Below are positions 56,715 to 64,000 of a stretch of DNA of 64,000 nt, piece by piece. The position numbers were made by a program, and so were the translations under genes. Each line of letters begins with the position of its first letter. Position 1 is the first letter of the stretch. Source of the stretch: Eledone cirrhosa (taxonomy: Eukaryota); NCBI GenBank assembly GCA_964016885.1, contig OZ024741.1, forward strand, positions 394,506,001 through 394,570,000, read 5' to 3'. The notes beneath the pieces are model-generated. The model worked only from the letters and a program-made list of their open reading frames with translations. It was not told the origin of the DNA and did no database searches.

Positions 56715-58719
56715 ATGGCTAATTTGCCTCTGCACGAAGCAGCTGAAAGCCTTCCTCACAAAATAACACCTCACACCGACACCACCATTATAAATGTTAT
56801 TACGTTTGCCAACACAAAAAAAAATATAAGCAGTAGCAATATTTTTAATTTGTCTCAGGCAGACATTCATTTCCCGCCATTACCAATGACTGCAGGTGTT
56901 AAAGCCTCCACCACCACCACCACCGCGACAACCACCACCCCCACCACCACCGTGACAACAGAAACAAAAGAAGAAAAAAATAAATTAACTCGTGATGTCG
57001 AAATGAAATCAAGCAAAATGGACTCTTCCGCACCAAAGACGACTGACGTCACAACCACCACAACTGAAACTAAAATTAATATTAACACAAATAACGATAG
57101 CAACAACAACAATAACATTATAAAAACCCCCCTCAGTTTCGCCAGAGTAGCAAAACAATTCGAAGCTTTCACGGTAACTCAGGAAGATTTAGAAAATGCC
57201 AAACAAATGGTAAAGAAAGATGGGTACAGGGTCAGCCTCACCCCCACCCCCCACCCCCCACCTAATAAAATGGAGCATCGGCGCCTATGCACCGTGTCGT
57301 ATAGAACAATAAATGTAAAATCGCGCCGAGTGGAACGGGCATCCGAGTCCCAAATCCAAAAAGCTTTGGGACATGTGTGGGCAAGAAAAACCCACATCAG
57401 ACGTGGGCAAAAGTATGGAACCGTGGATGTGTTCTTTGAAACACCAGAGGAGGCTAGAGAACACTCCATGGCCCCATTAAAAAGTGACGACTTCACACTC
57501 GTCCCAAGCTATTGTGGCCAGAGACTCGTAAAGATCAGGGTGACCCACGTTCCACCGGCCATCGAAATTCCCTGGCTAATAGCGGCTGTCCTCGCCGGCA
57601 TCGAAGCCAACACGAAAATAATAGCAATAGCAAAAGAAAAGCAGGAAAACTGGTCCGGATCTGGGATGGAGCTCCTGATCCAAGCGGACCAAAAAAGCAT
57701 TGAGGAGATCCCAGAGGTAATAGACCTCACTGACGGCAGCCACCTCACGGTAATTGTCGAGGGCAGGAGACCTAGGTGTGTCGTTTGTGGTGAACGAACC
57801 TACCTAAGGGCTTTCTGCCCTCAGGCTAAAAGGTTGAGGCCACCTCTCCTACCCACCCCAGTGACACAACCATCAACACCACCAGTAGCAGAGATGGCAG
57901 CAACAACTGTAGCAGCAACAACAGAAGCAACTATAACAGCAACAACCCCAGCAACAGTAGCAAAACCAACACCACTACCACCACCAGCAAAACCAACACC
58001 ACCACCACCCAACGCTTCAGAACTAGCACCAGCGCCTACACCATCCACCACACCACAACCAAAACTAACGGCTGTGGAGGATTTTCCACTCCCCGGCCTA
58101 TCACAACTGGAGACAGATTGTGACGACGAGGAGTGGGAAACGATATCCGGAAAAAAAAAAAGAAAACCAAAAAAGAAAAAATTCTCTTCCTTCCCCCTCC
58201 AAAAACAAAATACAGAGGGAAACAAATAAATTAAGAAACAAAAAAGTTAGGACAGATATGCCACCATCCACACCAGCATCACCAACCCGATCAACCCAAA
58301 CACCAACACCATCACCATCATTAACCCCAGCACCACCATCACCTACACCACAAAAGTCACCAAAATGCGAAACAGAAACAAACCCACAACAAACGCAAAC
58401 AAAACAAAACAACCAAAACGATACACACTACACAGCATTAAATTTGAACAACAAGCAATTATTACACTACATCCAACACAACACCAGCATCACAGAAAAA
58501 GACAACACAACAACCCCAAAATTCACACCACCTCCACACATACAAATCACTCGCATCACACAGAAAACGTACATGACACTAAAACAAAAATTCCCCAAAG
58601 ACATCGGAGACTTCTGACAAGCACTCTCCAGGAGGATTTATAAGGACATCCTTCCTGAGGAGGCCACAAGCAGTGAAAAGGATGGAAAAACCGTCCTTCC
58701 CCTACGAGAAGTAAGGTAA
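56715..58719 (+). pseudogene. Tx1 ORF1 of copy G (frameshift in the poly-A run near 58155, stop at 58615)
   Basis: MANLPLHE... is open to 58229 and continues in the 58120-58617 frame. The knuckle reads CVVCGERTYLRAFC (H replaced by Y). Confidence 0.85.
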
Positions 58720-58753
58720 GTGGTATTTCCCATCTTTTCCACTCCTTTTCAAC

Positions 58754-61700
58754 ATGACCTCACTCAGAATAGGCAGCATAAATGCGCGTGGCTTGGGGTC
58801 GTCATGGAAGCAGGGCCACCTGCTCAACGACCTCAGGTCACTAAACATAGATGTAGTGGCCATCAGCGAGACCAGAATCTCCGAAGCACAGGCTGTCGCA
58901 CCGATCTTCGGCGGCTACGATGTGTACGCATCTCCCTTCGGGGGGAGGAGTTGCTGTGCTTTTTCGGAGAGGTTTGGATCTTGCCATACGGGCCATCTTC
59001 CTGGACCCAGAAGGTAAGTTGGTGGTGCTGGACGTGACCAGCGGAGACGGGCAAGCTTTCAGGTTAGTGGCCGTCTATGCCCCGACAGGAGCAGGGCGGC
59101 CTGATTTCTTCCGGCGTCTGGAGACCTTTCTTGGAACGTCCCGCTCTTTAGTGTTAGTGGGCGACTGGAACGGGATCTTATGTGCACGCTGGGATTGTGT
59201 GGGATTAGTGGATAGGGAAGGAGGGTGCAAGAGTCTCACCAACCTGCTCAGACGTTTTGAACTGTCTGACAGGTACCGAATGGATTTCCCGAATGTACCA
59301 ATGTGGACTTGGACAAATCGCATAGGGTCATCCAGATCATATCTAGATAGAGTATTTTGTAGGGAAATAGATAGGTCTAGCATAGGCTGTCCACAATTCA
59401 AGATAGTCAGCTACACGGACCACAAATTCGTGATCTGTGTGCTTGACTTAGATAGGCTTCATAGACGAGGACCCGGCTACTGGAAGCTAAACGCGTCCTT
59501 ACCAGCGCGCAAGGCCTACGGAGACCGGATTAGCGAACTAGTTAAGCGGGCGCTGACGGGGGCCATCGTCAACAACAAGTGGTGGTTTGCTCTGAAAAGA
59601 GCAATTAGAATAGAGTCCATTAGGTTTAGTAAGACTTTAGCAATAGAGAAAAATAGAGCAGAGGGAGAACTAGTTAGAAAATTAGATGAGGCGCTTAGCA
59701 AAGGCATCGCGACCGACGTGCTTGCGGCGAAATTGGCCCTTGACCAATTCTTCAATGCAAAGCACGAAGGCTGCGTTGTCAGAGCTAGGGTGCGTGCTCT
59801 CAGACACGAGGGGACGAAAGCCGTTCAATGGGCCCGAGTGGCGGAGGCGCGTCGTGGCAACAAAGCCACGATCCGGTCTTTGGTGGACCACGACGGGCGC
59901 ATGCTACTCGATCCCGGGCAAATGTGTGAAGCTTTTCAGCGACACTTCGCTCAACTGTTCGGGGGCAGCGGCGGGCCGGATCGAGGGATGGACTTTAGTG
60001 TCTACCTCGACGGACTGCCGCGGCTTTCGGCCACTGAGGCGGAGTGTTTCGAAAAGCCGATAACAACCGCTGAAGTACGGGATGCAATGACTAGTTGCAC
60101 AAGGGGTAAATCGCCTGGTTTGGATGGTCTGCCCTATGAACTTTACGTACAAATGCCAAACTTGTTCAGAGGCCTCTTGGCGGACGTCTACTGCAACTGG
60201 CAACAGAACGGGAGAATTCCCAGCTCTGTGAGCCGAGGAGCGGTGGCGCTGCTGAGAAAGGATCCGAACAAGGGGGATAACATAGATAATTTTAGGCCCA
60301 TAACTCTGCTAAACACAGAGTTCAAGATTTTGGCCAAGGTGCTAGCAAAGAGGTTGGCGCTTGTCGTTGGTGGTCTGGTGGGAGAGGCACAGACATGCGC
60401 CATTCCCGACAGATCCATCCACGACAACCTCCACCTCATGCGATACATCGTAGAGAGGGTAGCTAGGGAACCTGGCACGGGTGGGTCTTTGATCAATTTA
60501 GATCAGTCGAAAGCCTTCGATAGGGTCGACCATCGTTACCTAGCGGCAGTCCTGAGGGCGGCTGGCTTTGGGCCCGTCTTCAGAGGCTGGATCGCTGCCA
60601 TGCACAGCGACATCTGCTCTGTAGTGAGAGTGAACGGTCACCTTTCGGAACCGTTCAACATCATGCGCTCGGTCCGCCAAGGATGTCCCCTCTCGTCCCT
60701 ATTGTACGTATTGACTCTCGAGCCATTACTGCACAAACTGGAGACGTTGAGGGGGGTCCCGCGCGAACTAGGATGCGGAAGATCCGTGTCAGCATATGCC
60801 GACGATGTCACCGTAGTGGTGTCGAATGCCAAACACATCGAGGCGATCGGCACTACACTAAGAGAATACGAAGCGGTGACAGGAGCAATGATCAACCAGG
60901 AAAAGTCAGTGGGCCTGCAGCTCGGCACCTGGAGAGGCAGGTCCATGCCGTCCAACAGCGTCGTCGGGCGCTGGACGGACGGACCGGTTAAATTGCTAGG
61001 GGTCTGGTTCGGTCCAGACCTCCAGACGGACAAAAACTGGGACGAGGTGACGAGCAGGGTGGCTTCTCTCACCCAGAAATGGGCCGAGAGGAAGCTATCC
61101 CTGAAAGGTCGAGCGGAGGTGGCGAATGCGTACATCGCATCCGTCATCTACTACCGCCTGACCGTCGTACCTTGTCCTAAGCCCCACCTGACTGCGTTGG
61201 AGCGTTTGCTCTTTCGCTTCTTGTGGAAGGGACGCGCTCCGATGGTCAGGCGGTCCATCTGCTGTCAACACCCGCTACGTGGAGGGCTGGGCATGCCGTG
61301 GCTGATGATGCGCAGACACGCGCTCAGGCTACGACATCTCCACCTCTTCCTCGACGGTGATCAGGTGTGGTCGCCGTTTGCAAGACGCGTTTTTCCCCAG
61401 CTCGTCTCCTTGACGGAGCTGCAGTCCTGGGTCAAGCGAAGACCGAGAGGGAGCGCTTGGAGACTGGAATGTCTTCAGGCGCTCACAGCCCTAGACCAAT
61501 CGGGCAATGTGATCGGTGGAAACTCCACCTTGGCGTTCTATAGGGGATTAGTGGAGGGGAAGAGCGACGACGTACTTGGAGAAACTCTAGGCGTCGACGA
61601 AAATCAACTAGCCAATCTCTTCGGAAGGACTTTCGGGCCGGGGCCTATGGACAACTTCCAGAAATCCCTGGCCTGGCAGTGCTACTGAGGAGCTTTGCCA

Positions 61701-62163
61701 GTTCGGGATAAACTCTACAGGCATGGAGGTGCCGTCAGCAGGGCATGTCCGAGATGCGCGCAGGGCGACGAAACCGTCCTGCACGCACTCGTCCAGTGTC
61801 CGAGCATTGCTGACTTGTGGGTTTATGTCGAACACCTGCTGTCACGTGTAGGACCTATCCAGCTATCAGCTGAGTCCATCGTGAGGATTGCCCCTCCCCC
61901 TTCCTTTAGCCTGGAAGGGCAGGCAGTTTTTATCTGTCTGGTGGCCATGGCGAAATAGATAGTATGGTGGACACGTTTGAAAGGGCTGAAGACGAGCACT
62001 TACCTCTTCGGTGATGCCCTGATTAACTTTTTCAAATTTCATTTGAAAAGGAAAATCAGGGTAGAGAGGGAAGTGCTCTCTTCCCAGCATTTTGTTGAAA
62101 GATGGGTGAGAGAAGCAAGTATGGCCCGAATGAATGGGCCTACTCTGAGTATGTGTCTGTAAA
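58754..62163 (+). pseudogene. Tx1 ORF2 of copy G (APE, RT, CCHC) with a frameshift near 58935 and stops at 61686 and 61956
   Basis: MTSLRIGSINARGL; 922-aa open segment with GDWN, TDH, QGCPLS, YADD. Confidence 0.95.
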
Positions 62164-62405
62164 TTAAAGGTGGAAAACTGGGAGAGGGCACTTGCCCTGG
62201 TGGTCAGGGCCACTGTGGTCTTTTAATGGGCTTTCTCCACAAATGTCCCTTGGAAGTCTCCCCCCTATTGGGGAATTTTTTCTTTGTTATTTTATTTCAA
62301 CCTCTGTTTTTTTACACGCAGAAATGCCCATTTGTACCGTCCTGTATTGTCCTGTACTGTCCTTAATGTCTACTTTATGTGAACCCTTGTGGTTAATAAA
62401 GAAAA

Positions 62406-62436
<31 letters not shown>

Positions 62437-64000
62437 GGCGACCTACGTAGGAAATCGTATTATCGTGAGCTCCGCAAAGGTTTGTTATTTCCGTTTGTTT
62501 AAAAATTGCCATTTATGGAAAATTTTATTGTAAACTGTTTATAAGCACACATACATTGTTTTCCGAAAAGGACACCCAAAAAGATTGGGGCCTTGTGCCC
62601 AAAATTTTAACTTTTATTATTATCCAAAAATTTCTTTGAAAAAAAATGGCTAATTCCCCTCTGCACGAAGCAGCTGAAAGCCTTCCTCACAAAATAACAC
62701 CTCACACCGACACCACCATTGTAAATGTTACTACGTTTGCCAACACAAAAAAAAATATAAGCAGTAGCAATATTTTAAATTTGTCTCAGGCAGACATTCA
62801 TTTCCCGCCATTACCAATGACTGCAGGTGTTAAACCCTCCACCACCACCACCACCGCGACAACCACCACCACCACCACCACCACCGCGACAACAGAAACA
62901 AAAGAAGAAAAAAATAAATTAACTCGTGACGTCGAAATGAAATCAAGCAAAATGGACTCTTCCCCACCAAAGACGACTGACGTCACAACCACCACAACTG
63001 AAAATAAAATTAATATTAACGATAGCAACAACAACAACAATGACATTATAAAACCGACCCTCAGTTTCGCCATCGTAGCAAAACAATTCGAAGCGTTCAC
63101 GGTAACCCAAGAAGATTTAGAAAATGCCAAACAAATGGTAAAGAAAGATGGGTACAGGGTCAGCCTCACCCCCACCCCCCACCCCCCACCTAATAAAATG
63201 GAGCATCGGCGCCTATGCACCGTGTCGTATAGAACAATAAATGTAAAATCGCGCCGAGTGGAACGGGCATCCGAGTCCCAAATCCAAAAAGCTTTGGGAC
63301 ATGTGTGGGCAAGAAAAACCCACATCAGACGTGGGCAAAAGTATGGAACCGTGGATGTGTTCTTTGAAACACCAGAGGAGGCTAGAGAACACTCCATGGC
63401 CCCATTAAAAAGTGACGACCTCACACTCGTCCCAAGCTATTGTGGCCAGAGACTCGTAAAGATCAGGGTGACCCACGTTCCACCGGCCATCGAAATTCCC
63501 TGGCTAATAGCGGCTGTCCTCACCGGCATCGAAGCCAACACGAAAATAATAGCAGTAGCAAAAGAAAAGCAGGAAAACTGGTCCGGATCTGGGATGGAGC
63601 TCCTGATCCAAGCGGACCAAAAAAGCATTGAGGAGATCCCAGAGGTAATAGACCTCACTGACGGCAGCCACCTCACGGTAATTGTCGAGGGCAGAAGACC
63701 TAGGTGTGTCGTTTGTGGTGAAGGAACCCACCTAAGGGCTTTCTGCCCGCAGGCTAAAAGGTTGAGGCCACCTCTCCTACCCACCCTAGTGACAAAACCA
63801 TCAACACCACCAGTAGCAGAGATGGCAGCAACAACTGTAGCAGCAACAACAGAAGCAACTATAACAGCAACAACCCCAGCAACAGTAGCAAAACCAACAC
63901 CACTACCACCACCAGCAAAACCAACACCACCACCACCCAACGCTTCAGAACTAGCACCAGCGCCTACACCATCCACCACACCACAACCAAAACTAACGGC
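62437..64000 (+). mobile_element. Tx1 copy H, 5' UTR and ORF1 (ATG 62646, runs off the window); close relative of G
   Basis: Same 5' start GGCGACCTACGTAG after (ATT)n. Intact knuckle CVVCGEGTHLRAFC. Confidence 0.95.

Larger units (their letters stand above)
56508..62436 (+). mobile_element. Tx1/L1-clade LINE copy G, full length (~5.9 kb), least decayed complete copy
   Basis: Starts GGCGACCTACGTAG after (ATT)n and ends AATAAAGAAAAT(ATT)n. Confidence 0.96.

Noticed and set aside
58140-58230. Programmed ribosomal frameshift in ORF1 at the A-run
   Set aside because: The frameshift position differs between copies and copy B reads through this region, so a homopolymer indel or sequencing error is more likely.
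30975-64000. HeT-A/TART-like telomere-maintaining array
   Set aside because: There are no TTAGGG repeats, and the apparent age polarity (younger on the 3' side) is opposite to terminal addition. Chromosomal position is unknown.

Overview
A eukaryotic, AT-rich, gene-free window made almost entirely of transposons and microsatellites. The repeat types suggest a cephalopod (Octopus-like) genome, which is an inference. The left half holds two inverted copies of an RTE LINE with a PHD finger inside the RT, about 8.5 kb of interrupted (TA)n, decayed R4/Dong-type (RLE) LINEs (one with a full-length RTE nested inside), Meta-domain tRNA SINEs, two non-autonomous Helitrons, a hAT MITE and a 610-bp tandem repeat embedded in (TA)n. 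The right half (~31.0-64 kb) is a head-to-tail, same-strand array of at least 8 Tx1/L1-clade LINEs from 2-3 subfamilies. All copies with an intact 3' end finish in A(A)TAAAGAAA plus an ATT repeat, and the next element starts in that tail, so each insertion appears to recreate its own target. An R4/Dong LINE (opposite strand) and a SINE with a Tx1-like 3' end use the same ATT tails. The Tx1 copies also share a frame-independent AG|GTAAG motif at the ORF1 end, and two diverged copies share the same pair of premature stops. No copy fully inside the window is intact, and no host gene could be supported.
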